Of a DNA stretch of 64,000 bases, positions 50,171 through 62,640 are shown piece by piece (position 1 is the stretch's first letter; the number at the start of each line of letters is the position of its first letter). Position numbers and translations under genes: made by a program. The DNA lies in NCBI GenBank assembly GCA_030265395.1, contig JARFYF010000060.1, positions 18,266,809 to 18,330,808 of the forward strand. Reading direction: 5' to 3'. Source of the DNA: Rhina ancylostomus (taxonomy: Eukaryota). The notes under the pieces were generated by a model, which saw nothing but the letters and a program-made list of their open reading frames with translations, was not told the origin of the DNA and ran no database searches.

Positions 50171-53100
50171 AGTGTTCTCTGGTGGGAGAATTGGGTAGGA
50201 GTCAGGCTGGGGGGGAGAGTGTGATTGGAGGAAAATTGGCTCCTCTGTGTTTGTTAAAGGTTCGGAAGGAAATCATGTTAATCAGTTTTCCTCCCTACTT
50301 AGCAGATGAAGTGAAACATATTTCAAACTGGTGTTCAAGGAGAGGTTAATGATGCAACACCTGTCATTCTGAGATTGTGTGTTCAAAAATAAAAAAAAGA
50401 AAATTCTGGAAGCACACAGCAGATCAGTTCCTCTCTCCACAGATGCAGTCTGTCCTTCTGAGTATTTGCACCATTTTTTGATTTTATTTCAGATTTATTT
50501 TTGTTTTTCCACAAGGTAAATTTGAACTTCATCATGGTTGTTTTATAATTTGAATTAATTTTAAAAGACTTTTAAAATAAGTAGCTAGTGTTAGTAAAAG
50601 TGACTACAAAGCTATTGCATTGTTGTAAAAACCCAACTGATTCACTAGTTTTCTTCAAGAAATGGAACCATTCATGAATGACAACATCGAGTCAACCCCT
50701 AGCTGCCTTGGCAGTAATTTTTAGTGAGTCCACAGGCCATGGGCCTCTGGTTCCAATTGGCCTACGTATCGTGCCCTCTGGCAGGTGTGCGTATGCTGAT
50801 TGGATCCCACAGTCATTGAGGTTTGAGTTTATGCACTCACCAGCCTAAGATTGGGTGAAATCCCTGGATCCCTGGAGACCAAGTATATGTCATAAATTAC
50901 CGGAAATTCAAGGTCAATCGAGTAAGGTTCCCAGGAAGAGCGCCCACTGGTCAGCTTGGATGCATTAGGCCAGATGGCCTGTTTCCATGCTGTACAATTC
51001 TGTGATTCTATAAATGATTCTCTGAAGTGCCAAGACACTCGTTTAGACAATCATTGTCCACTGTTGCACGTATCCCAATAGTGAATAGAAATCTGATTGA
51101 ATCTGTATTGATCAAAAAGTCCCAGTAAGTGAAGCTTTATGGATCTGCAACTGTTGAAATCTGCAGAAGGCAATACTTGATCAGTTTCCTTCTAATTACT
51201 TCTGCATATAAACTTCAATGAACTCTTGTTAAAACAAAAGCACATAGTTAAATATTAAGTATCTACCATACCACTGCATTAGAAATGGTGAGACTNNNNN
51301 NNNNNAATTGACCAACCTTGTTTAATGGGTGCAGCCTGCTCCTTGCCCCTCCAAATTTAGTACATGCCAGGTTGGTAATATTTGGTCCTATTTTAGCTCT
51401 TCTCTTCTTTAGGTCAATGCATGGAAATAGAATGCATCTTCAGCCACAATTTAAATAATATACTTTTAAATGGATTTATTACATTTTAATTGGAATTCCA
51501 GGTCCATAGTTTGCCCTCATTTGATGTCAAAAGTACTGTTGGTGTTGGTGCCCTGAACACTCTGTTGCATTAGCATCCAGAGCAGGACATCAGTGAAGGC
51601 AAAATTCAGATTTCACCCAGACTGCAACATCCTCAAAATAAAATGACAGGAACATCCTTCTGAACTGAGGTTCTGGAGTGGGGGTAATCTGGATTGCCGA
51701 ATGAGCCTGATGCAATGGTTAGTGCATCAACCTAACAGAGATTTGTAGGTTATGGGTTCAATTCCTGGCACCAAGAGGAGGAGAAATTCTTTTGCTTAGA
51801 TGGTTTTGCATCTGTGGAAGTCTCTACCCATGAAGAAAGTGGATGCTCAGATGTTGAGTATATTCAAGATTGAGAAGGATAGATTTTTGGGCACTAAGAA
51901 AATCAAACAAAATGGGAGTAGAGCAGGAGAATAAAGCTGAGAAAAAGATCAGCTTTGATCTCATTGAATGGTGGAGTAAGCATGGGGCACTTGTGGCCCA
52001 TGTCTGCTTCCATTTTAAGCTACTTATTATGCAAAATGCCTGCTTTTCTTCTCCACTGACATCCACAGAAGGAAAGGTGGTGTGGGCCACATAATTAGCA
52101 GTTAATTTGCCACTGTCCATTTTCCACCCCTGCTCAGAGTTTTAACAACCCAGTCCATTATATGTGAAGGAAGCTAAGCTTAAATTGGCACAGGATAACT
52201 AAATGACAATATATTATGGTAAAATAATTAATTTAATTGGATCAGTGTCTGATTGGACGTTAGACTGATAATGATGGTTATGAGGTTATTAATAACTCTA
52301 AGAGACATAATGGTTCCAGGGGTGTTCTGGGAGAGCAAGGTTCCCTGGAGGACAAGAGTCTGAAGTGTCAGATGGAAGAATGAATGAATGCTCCAAACCC
52401 TTGATTCACCACCGTATTTTTGTGACAAATATTAATTCTATCTTTCTGTTGTGGGTAGGAGGGATGGGTGAGAACAAGTATGACAGTAAGATATGACAAC
52501 ACATTGGAAGATGAGCAGGCTATCTGGCCTTTTGAACCTGCTCTGCCATTCACGGAGATCATGGCTGAGCTATGAACTAACTCCACTATATGGAATGATA
52601 GAAGAGGTTAGAAGACCTCTTTCACGTGTCCTGAAGTACTCAAAATTAAAAAAAAACTATCTGCTTTTGTTAGACAGCTCATTTGATATTCCCAGCCAGA
52701 AAATGAACCTAATTACCAGAAAATCCACAATCATTGAAATCTGTTGAGTTGCATGTTCTAAGTTTGGAGATGGTTGATGGTTAACCACATCTCTGCTGGA
52801 AACACTGATTTTTAATAATCTATCCATGCAATATATTCCAGCTGCTGCAATTATTAGTGGGGCATTTGGATCAGCAAAGAGGCTAATGCTCGATTCTAAA
52901 CTCCACCCAATCTGCAAAAGGCATCCTAGGAAATGAGCCTTTGATGGAAGTCTTCTTGGTGTCACTTATTTCAATTATTTTTATAGTGCTAGAATTCTAG
53001 TACTTCCAGCATTTTCTGTTTTGATTTCAGGTTTCCAGCATCTGCAGTTTAATACTTTAATGTTCTGTTTGTCTGGTTAAAAGAGAAAAAGTATATATTT

Positions 53101-53519
53101 GTATAGCCCCCCCCCATACACTCAGGACATCTCAAAATGCTTCACAACCAATTAATTGTTTTTAAAGTGTAGCCATTTGTTTTATNNNNNNNNNNNNNNN
53201 NNNNNNNNNNNNNNNNNNNNNNNNNNNNNNNNNNNNNNNNNNNNNNNNNNNNNNNNNNNNNNNNNNNNNNNNNNNNNNNNNNNNNTTTTATAATATGGCA
53301 GACAATCTGCACACAGCAAGATCCTACAAGCAATGAAATAAAAGTCCAGACTATCTGAATATTTTTTAATAGTTAGATACCACCATGCTATGGGGGGGGG
53401 ATTTTTGCTGTGAGATGTGAGGTTATTCATCCAATTCTATGGATCCTCCTTCTTCCAACAATCTCATTCATTTATGTAGCAGCCTTAGTCCAATAAGGCA
53501 TCCAGTACTGATCCACTGC

Positions 53520-53780
53520 AACAAAGTCAGGCAAAAATTGATACCAAAGCCAAAGGAAAGAAGGTTGGGGCAAATGACCAAATGCTTGGTCTAGAAGGCA
53601 GAGGTTTTAAGGGGAGTCATTATGAAGCTGAAGGAGAGAGTTAGAGAGGTCTAGCAGAGATATCCGAGAGTTTATGGCGTGGACAACTGAGGCAAAGCCA
53701 CCACTGATGAGGTGAAGAGGAGAGCAATGCAGAACAGGCTAGAACTGAAGGAAAGCAGAGAAAAATAAATGTAGGACTTG
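53520..53780 (-). mobile_element. L2 3' fragment
   Basis: caaaaattgatacc...caaatgaccaaatgcttggtc...cagagtttatggc, the same family as 34585-34790. Confidence 0.6.
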
Positions 53781-53854
53781 CTGAATAAAATTATTTAGTA
53801 GAAAGAATTATCCTTACTCTACAGAGTAGTCCCTGAGTAACTAAAAGGTGAGGA

Positions 53855-54160
53855 ATGATGTAGGCTGCATGTTGTATCTGAAAGATTGACTAGAAAATCT
53901 AGGCATTACTATGGGAGTTCTACAGTATCGGAGCTGTCATCATCTGGAAGGGCAGGAGCATTATCTCTAGCATACTATACAAATCCCCGAGACAAAACAC
54001 ATTACAAAACTGATTATCTGGTCATAATTACATAGGAGTTTGCGGAATCTTGCCATGCACATTTTTACTGTTGTTCAATTGTGACGATACTTTTCAATTG
54101 CAACTGTGATGATACTTTAGTCACAGTGGATGGTGCTATGTAAATGCAAGGATTTTCTTT
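53855..54160 (+). mobile_element. Deu-domain SINE, degenerate
   Basis: aaaatctaggc, gggagttctacagtatcggagctgtc, gattatctggtcataattaca and the tail ggtgctatgtaaatgcaag. Confidence 0.6.
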
Positions 54161-55284
54161 CCACTTCCCTGCTCAATCTCCCATATCCCTTCATTCTCCT
54201 TGAGATGTAAAATTCAGCATCTGTGATCCATCACCAGTTGTGCACCACACTGACTGGTTTTGATGGAAGGCTCAGTCAGGCGAAGTTGCCCCTTGTTGAA
54301 CATGTTTAAGCCAGCCATCATGCTAGTGTCTTTCCAGCTATATACCTGAATTGGGGCAGAAGAAGTAGAGCAGGTTTGCTGCACTGTTGGTAGAATCTCT
54401 TTGAAACACTCAGTAGCTAATGTATGCTACATGATGAGGTACAGGAGTAAGCATCCCCTTTACTTAAGAGATGTTGGTTGAAGGATAAATATTGGGCACT
54501 CTGTGAACACCACTGCTCTTCTTTGAAATGCCATGGAACTCCATACGCCCTTCTAAAAGTTGGTGCCTCTGATATTACAGNNNNNNNNNNNNNNNNNNNN
54601 NNNNNNNNNNNNNNNNNNNNNNNNNNNNNNNNNNNNNNNNNNNNNNNNNNNNNNNNNNNNNNNNNNTTCCTCCACCTGCCATTGTTCAATACCCTGATCC
54701 ATCTTATGAAGTTGAACAGGAATAAACAGTAAAGATATTGCCTCAGTAGAGAAAGCCCCAAATGTTCATTGAACGAGGCTGTGCCTTTAAATCCCTTGGA
54801 TGTTTAGCTGCAGTGTTTTAGTCTGAGTACTGGGTGAGTGATGAGGAGCTAAATGGAGCCGTTAAAAGGATCAATTAACAGATTAGCATTTTGCAGAGAG
54901 TCAAACATTAATCAACTGCCGTATCCATTTATTTTTGCACAGAGGGTTTAGTGGAAAGTATAAAACAGGGCCACATTACAAAGAGTGAACAGCTCTTAAG
55001 AGGGAGTCACAGAAATTTTAAAAGTTTATTAATATGACAATTCACCCCAAAGAAACATTTTGTGCCCTCATTAATTTTAAACCAAAGAAATAAGGTTAAT
55101 GTAGAACAGCATTTTCTTGTTTCGAAATCACTAGAGACAGAACAAAGACGTAAGGATGTCTATTTAAAGGGGAACACTCTTGTCTCCATGGGCCACGTGT
55201 CATAGAGTCTCCAAGCTGTATGTTGTTTAATTCCATATCCCCATTAATTTCCACATTGTGTATGTAAGGTAGCTGACACCAGCG

Positions 55285-55660
55285 TAAGTGCTTGAACATA
55301 CAATTCAGACTGACGCAGCACCATGTAAGGAGTACATGCTCTCTGTCAATGATGCCAGCTTAAAGATCAGACATTAAGCTGAGGCACCATCTGCTTTCTC
55401 AGGTGGATGTGAAATATGCCATAGCAGTTTATTGAAGAGAAATAGAGAGTTCTCCCTGGTACCCTGGCCAATACTTATCCTTTCACCAATATCCCTTTGC
55501 CATACTCTCATTGTTGTTTGTGGGAGCTTGCTGAGTACAGTTTCCCTGTCATGTCTCCTACACTGTAATAGGAACTACAATTAAAAATACTTCACTGGCT
55601 TTAAAGCACTTTGGGGTGTCTGAAGTCATGAAAGATGTTGTCTAGATGCAGATTTGTTTA
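55285..55660 (+). mobile_element. Deu-domain SINE
   Basis: ctcaggtggatgtgaaatatgccatagca, ccctggccaatacttatcc, gtttgtgggagcttgctg and aaagcactttggggtgtctgaagtcatgaaag. Confidence 0.75.
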
Positions 55661-56869
55661 GGTTAGAAATTCTTCCTGGATGGAAGTGTGTCACCGGGCC
55701 ACCTGCATGCTGATGTTTTTTTTCATTTCCACCTGCAGTCTTCCTCTGATCTGATTCATCAAAGATGCAACAGTAGTAGGAGCAGTTTCCTTCCAAATCT
55801 CCAGCCAAGAAATTTGATTCAGGACAAATCAGTGAGTAAGAAATAATTACAGTAACTGGGTTACTGGGCTTACAAGCTGGTTTGATCACCGCTCCATCAA
55901 CATTCTGATGAGGACTTGGTCTTGGAATCAGATGGCTGACAAAACTGAGGAATCAAAGGCAGGTAGTAGATGCAGAATTTTCACTTAATCCCATCCATAA
56001 AGCAAGTTTAGCCATTTGCAAGGACTTGAACCCAGAATCTTCTCCTCTACAATTCTTCAAGGTTTGGAATGGATTGAGCTTAGATCTACCCTGGAAGTGT
56101 TGGGTGCTGATACTGAGAACAAAAAAGTGGCTTCACAGAGATTTTAGCAAAGTTTAAATCTGTTTTTCAGTATTAATTCTTTTAATTTACACAGCATTAT
56201 TACCAATCCCTAATTGCCGAGACTGGTAGGAGACTGGAATCAGATAATGGCCTGACTGTAGAAGGATGATGGATTTCCTTCCCTAAAGGATATTAGTGAA
56301 TTTGATAGATTTTACAATAATACAGCGATGGTATGGTTACCATAGATGGATTTAAACTGGATTCAAATCTCAAATTGTCAGAGTGAGACTTGAATCCTTG
56401 CATTATTAGTCTGGGCCACTATATTACTAATCTAAAAATAGAATCACCATCTATGCCTTAATATTAAAACTGTGCAAATTTTTTATGTCCCTCTCTTTTT
56501 CCAATCTACAGGCTTTTAAAACACAAGCTTGATTATCAGCTGGCTTCTATATTCTTCTTCTCTCATTTTTTTCTCTCACCCTTGGTTCCTCTTTACTAAT
56601 AACTGAACATTTCCACCAAAACTGACCTTCCAAAGCAAGGAGTTGTCCACAACCAATTGTTGTAGAGTAGTACAGTCCAAGGTGTATGACCATGTACTGA
56701 GGAACATGTTGAAGCTTGGTGAAGCCACTGCAAATGTTTCATGAGGAAAGGCTTAAGGCTTAGAACCCTTGTATCATTGCAATCCAAAGGGCTGGCACCT
56801 CCATAACATATTACTTGTGGAATGTATGTGAATGAAACAGTGATTCAGGCTAATCAGGGACACACATTC

Positions 56870-57035
56870 TTGTGCAACACGCAAAACGCTGGAGGAACTC
56901 AACAGATCAGGCAGCATCTATGGAGGGAAATGGACAGTCAACATTTCAGGTCAAGACCCTTCATCTGGAACAAACTGACTCGCTGAGTTCCTCTGGCATT
57001 TTGTGTTCAGCATCTGCAGTCTCTTGTGTCTCCAC
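56870..57035. mobile_element. Penelope-derived short element with inverted ends and a hammerhead-like core
   Basis: aacacgcaaaacgctggaggaactcaac pairs with gctgagttcctctggcattttgtgtt. The minus strand has cagatgaagggtcttgacctgaaat. Confidence 0.75.
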
Positions 57036-57179
57036 ACATATTCTTGTGGTGTTTTTAACCCAAAAATATCTGTATACAATTTCCAAAATACTATATAGTC
57101 ATATGTCAATATTCACAATACAAGACACATCAGTCCATTTCCTTACAAGATTTATATTTTATTATTAGGACATTGATGG

Positions 57180-57930
57180 TTCTTTTATGGTCCTGTTAAA
57201 GGGAATGATCCACTGCAATGTGACCTGGTCCATTCTCATCAACAATGAGGGCAGGTGGAACATCAACACATAGTGACACTTGGTTTTTACATACCCAGAG
57301 TATAGGAACAGCTTCATGCAGCCACACAAAAATGTAGCCATGCTGAGAACATGGAGACATGATCTACAAATTTCCAGGGAGAGGGGGAGAAGTGCACCCA
57401 ATGTATCTCTCATTCTTAATCGCCAGATGAAGTGTAAGAGAGCCCAGGTGACTGTAGCTATGCAGGAGCTGGGTAAAGCCCCCACATATGACACATGCAG
57501 CAGCACTGAGAACACTTCCCACTCAATGACCAGGTTCATCCCCACAATTGAGAGTGATGCTCCCAAAATCCCAGTTTCAGTTTCACCTTGATTAATAGGC
57601 TCCACCCGGTTCTTGGTGCACACCCTGGCTCCTGTGAACTATATTCCCAGCATTTTCAGGTAATCTGAGCAGACAGCGAAGGGAATAAAGGATCAGTCAG
57701 ACCATTTACCAAAGACCATAGCCTTGCTTTTGCTGAATTCCTCTCCAGCCCTAGGGGCCAGTTCAAACTGGTTGCAGATGCTCATCAATTTGCAGACCAG
57801 CAGCGGATCTGAGCTGAAGAGGGTGATGTCATCCACATACGGGGAGGCTTTGACCTGAGGGTATCCACTGCCTGGGATCACCACCCCTCCCATACCACAC
57901 CCTTCCTAATGTATTCAGCAAAAGGCAATA
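57180..57930 (-). mobile_element. Tx1/L1-clade LINE ORF2 fragment (RT C-terminal half)
   Basis: VKASPYVDDITLF (YxDD), SKSKAMVFGKW, DYLKMLGI, and SLSIVGMNLVI...LLHV...LLHFIW, as in vertebrate Tx1 elements. Confidence 0.85.
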
Positions 57931-58659
57931 TAGTAGATAAATGAGATAGACCTGCATCCTTGTTAAATCGATCAGAAGGTACTTACTGCTTTAAACCAGC
58001 AGGTGGCAATTGGGAACACAGAACTACACACCAGTGAGTACTCATCCACCAAGAGAAGTTTTGCTCCCCCTCCNNNNNNNNNNNNNNNNNTATGGGGGGG
58101 GGCGGGGGTTTAAAGTCATAGGGCCAAAAAAAAATGGATGTTCATTTTAATGAGAAAAATTATTTATTAGTTATTGGGGGCAAGGAAGAAAAATGAATTG
58201 GATGAGGAAGAGGTTGCTTTATTATTGCCCCTGGGAAGATGGGGTGCCACAGGCATGGACAAAGAGTGAGAATGTGAGGGCAAGGCAATTAAAGGTCACA
58301 TGATGATACCTGACATCTGGCCAAAGTTGTCAACCAGACATCACTTTCCTTTCAGCAATTCAGCAATACTGATTCCACAAAGGAAATTGGAACCAGAGTG
58401 GACAGATCACAGTTAGCATCAGGCTCTGTCACTGGTGCAGAACTGGAATTTCTCCCAGATCCTCCATAGACATTGGTGGCTGGCTTGTGGGAAATTCCAT
58501 GCAAAGTTGTGTGCATTGGGTAAACGATGGAGCACTAGTGGAAGGCAAGTGAATTCAAGTCCCAGGGAGACCAGGAACACAGTCTTGTTGTCAAGCATCA
58601 GCACTGATCTCCCACAGCTTTATCAAGAAATTAAATCTCCATCCAATTTTAGTTGAAAT

Positions 58660-58900
58660 TAATAAAACAGGAAATAATGGAGCCACTCAGCAGGTTACGA
58701 AACATATGTGGAGAGAGAAACAGTTAAGGTTTCAGGTCAATGACTTTCCGTTAGAAGTAGGAAAAGTTAGAAATTAAACATATTTTAAGTTACAATGAAG
58801 GAACTTGGTCAGGAGAACAAGTGAAATGCGTGTGCTAGAATAGAGACTAAGTTTTTACTCAATGTTGAGTCCTGAGGGCAGTTGGAAGATAAGATGCTGC
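58660..58900 (-). mobile_element. Old Penelope-derived fragment
   Basis: cactcagcaggt...tgtggagagagaaacagttaaggtttcaggtcaatgac, plus tcaatgttgagtcctgaggg (endonuclease-end relic). Confidence 0.55.
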
Positions 58901-59339
58901 GCTCAATTGAGATTGCCATCGTCCCAGTTCTACACTAGGGCAAATATCACTTGGGATGGACACAGTGATTAGAATGAGGAACTCAATGCCTCAGGAACAG
59001 GCTGAGGTGAACAGAATTACTGTATTTAAGAGGAAACTGAATGAATACATGAGAACAAAAGTAATAAAGTATATCAGAAATCAAGAAACCAATAGTACAG
59101 ATGGCCACTCAGCCCATCATGTCTGATGGAGCTGTTATGCCTTTTCCTATTCCCCTACATTTGACTGTAATACTGTCAGTTCCAGTCCAACTTCATTTTA
59201 GATGCTTATAAAGAAATTCCAATTCTTTTAAAAGAATCCCGTGTTAAGATCATTTGTAATGAATTTTAATAATCATTTACATATAGATCTGAGTGTTCAT
59301 CTACAGACCTGCAAACTGTTTCTATAACAGATATAAAAC

Positions 59340-59745
59340 AAACAGAAATGATTGCATTTATATGACAACTTTCACAACCTCGGCGCATTTTGCAGCCAAT
59401 GAAGTACTTTGATGTGCAACACTGCTGAACTGCAAGAAACACATCAGCCAGTTTGCACAACGCAATGTCTCATGAAAAGCACTGTATTAATGATCATGAG
59501 GAATTTTAGTTGAAGAATGTATTGAACTGGGACACCAAAGATAACCTCCCTTCTCTTCTTCAAAGCTGTACTGGAGGATTTTTTTCCCCATTTAAATAGA
59601 ATAGATAAGGACTTCAGATTAACATCTTATCTCAATGACATACAGTCCTCCCTCAGTCTTCCCTCACAGAATGTTAACCTGGGTTTTAACCTTAAGTCTC
59701 TTTAGTGGGACTTGAATCTCCTGACCCATCACTCACCACCACAGC
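59340..59745 (-). mobile_element. Deu-domain SINE
   Basis: ttgcatttatatgacaactttcacaacctc, cagccaatgaagtacttt and ttagtgggacttgaatc (B-box side). Confidence 0.65.
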
Positions 59746-62514
59746 CAACACCTGTGCACTGCCCATTCAATTTGTTGTTCTCTCTTCCTGGCATGTAGCC
59801 CATGCAATGTCCAAACTCTAGTAGGATTCTCCTGATCCAGGCTACCTATCCTGGCCCTCTGTACATGTTTGTTGGCACAAGGAAATCCATTTGGATAAGG
59901 ACAAGACATCTTTCTGATAGGCTTTGAGAAAGATAGGTGTCAGAAGAATGGGCATGTTAGATGGACAATGAGAGTGGTAGATTTGGAGGTGATCAACAGT
60001 TTCAAAAGGAAATTGGATGGGCACATGAGGGAAATAAACATACAGGGCTACAGAGACAGAGTGAGAAGATATAGGTCAGAGTGGATTGCTGTATCAAAAG
60101 CAGGCATGGACCATATGGGCTAAAGGCCTCCTGTGTTGCAATGATGGTATGAATCTGAGGTGACTACTCTGAGGGAAGGGTAAAGAAGAGAGAGAGAGCA
60201 CGAGAGGGTAAATAACCCTCTGGTACCTCACCTGAGAGGCTATTCATCTTTTGTGAGACCTGGTCAGTTAAGGATCATTACAGTCAAGGTCAATCCTAAT
60301 CTGACCCAGTGTCCACAAACTATGCACTTGCACTGGAAATCCTGGTTTGTTATCCTCCTTTTCTCCTCAACTTTCTCTGAGTTGGAACTATTCTGTTACA
60401 CTGCCTAATATAGCTTACCCACAATGCCATTCTTAAACCTGTCCCTGACAACTCAGTTGCAGATAATGAAGTTGATACTGGATTTGTGATGAGTGCCACA
60501 AATCACTAACATCAGTGAATTAGGACCTGTGGAGTGTTCTGTGTTACCCACTTTGCTACAGGATCAGTGATTGGAAACATTACACAGGAGCCAGCCCCGT
60601 GACTTGCAACTATAACCAGGAACAAATGAAATCTGGTTGCATTAAATATCAAAGGAAAGCAACCAAGGGAGAGCACTCAGGCTGGTCTCATTTGGCACGC
60701 TGTTCTCAGCTCAATTTTTATTCAGTCTGAAATGAACAGCTGAGCAAATCGATGGGACCAGTTTTCAAGTCAAACCATCAGGGGATCTTGAGGTAGTTTA
60801 GGTGTTAGACCATCTGGGACATTAGAAGTCAGATCATCTTGAACTGGGACCTGGAGTTTAAATATGATCTGAATTATTGGGCAGAAGCCTTCCTTCCTTG
60901 TTAGCTGTGAAAGTCATCTGTTGCATAGAACAAAAATAGCCCATTCATCCCAATTGGTCTGCACTGGAGTTGTTTCTCCACATAGGTCTCTTCCAGTTTC
61001 TTCTGCTTTATCTCAGTCATTCATCATAACTTTCTGTCCTTTTTCCTTCATGTAATTTTCCTGTCTCTTTTTAGAAATCTTCTAATCTATTTGTTTCACT
61101 CACTTCCTAGGCTAACCAACTTTGACATTCTCAGGAAAGGAATTTCTCATATTTCCCAATTGGATTTATAACTATCTGGCATTGATGACCACTAGGATTG
61201 GACTCTCCAATATGCAGAAACATGCCATGTCCTCCTTGTCCAACACACACATAGTTTCAAAGGACACCATCAGGTCTCTTCCAAGGCTTCTTCGTCCTAA
61301 AGATATAGCTTCAATCTATTCAGTCTTTCCCATTATCTATAACACTCTTGGTTCTGGTAGCATCCTTGTAAATGTTACTTTGCACTTTCTCAGGTGCTTC
61401 ATTAGTAGGGAGGCTGGGCCTTAAAGTTCTTTAATGTAACTTGATCTTTTGTCCTCAATGTCAGCAGTTCCCAGTGTGGGAAGAATGAACACCCACCCAC
61501 CCCCACTGCATGAGCCAAAAGTTACAGGGGTACATAATGCGTCAATAATTTTAAGGTAATTTGATTCAAAAGTTCAAAATATGAAAATAAATGAAATAAG
61601 TGGTTCACAAGGATGCTAAAGACCTTTACAATTTTCACTTAAGTTTATTACTTTTGAATTCTACTGCTCCCAGAAATAAATCCTAATTCTTTGTTGGCAA
61701 TTTTAATTGTTTCACTAACTTTTGATAATTTCCCTACCTGTTTCCCTTGACCCCTTTTGCTCTCTCACCCCCAAATAGTTTCTTATTTTCCACAGTGCAG
61801 CTAGAAACTTTGTCTTCCAAACCTACGTGACAAAGTGATTCGAGCATGGGCAATATCAATTGGATTTCAGGTGGGCAAGGGCCATACTGCAGCAAGATAT
61901 CTTCTACTCCTTGACCATCCTAACAACCTCTTTCAGAGAAGTCCAAGGGTGGAAATGGAGAAATCTCCTACATGCTGTTGGCGATGCTCTCCTGAGAATG
62001 GGTTTCAGATATATTCATAGAGAAAGGTGACAAAGGAACTTAATCTCTCATGTACTTGTGCAGGGAGTGCCTGAAGCTGACAGCCAACCTGGAAAATGCT
62101 CAGTTCCTCAGTCTTGAGAAAGTGGGAACAGTAAAAAATGGAATTAACATAGGATCAAATTGGTCATTAATGGTCAGCATGAACTCAGTGAGCTGATGGG
62201 CCTTTTTCTATGCTGTATTTCTCTGTGACTCTATGATTCACTTCTACCCCAAATGAATACAAATCATTTGTAAAAGAAATGTACTTGCAATCAAGAAACA
62301 GTGCCTGTTACAATACCTTCTTAACTTTCAGAATGTAATTGTTATACCTTTTTTTTAATCACCCCTGACACTCATCATTGTGTACTCACGTAACAGATAA
62401 AGATGAGGAAGGTCATTTGGTCCATCAAATCCAAGTGAAGGGCCCAGAGTTCCCTTCCTCTGCCCCATTTCCTTAACAACAAATAATTTGAGAAATTATT
62501 GCATTTTTTACCAA

Positions 62515-62640
62515 TTCAAAGGCAAAATTCTGCAGATACTGGAAATCTGTAATATAAACTGAAAGGGCTGAAAAAGCTCAGTGGGTCAGGTTGCATCAGT
62601 GGAAAGAGATAACGTTTCAACCCCATGACCCATCAGGAGG
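62515..62640 (-). mobile_element. Old Penelope-derived fragment
   Basis: ctgcagatactggaaatctg...gctcagtgggtcaggttgcatcagtgga...aacgtttc. Confidence 0.55.
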
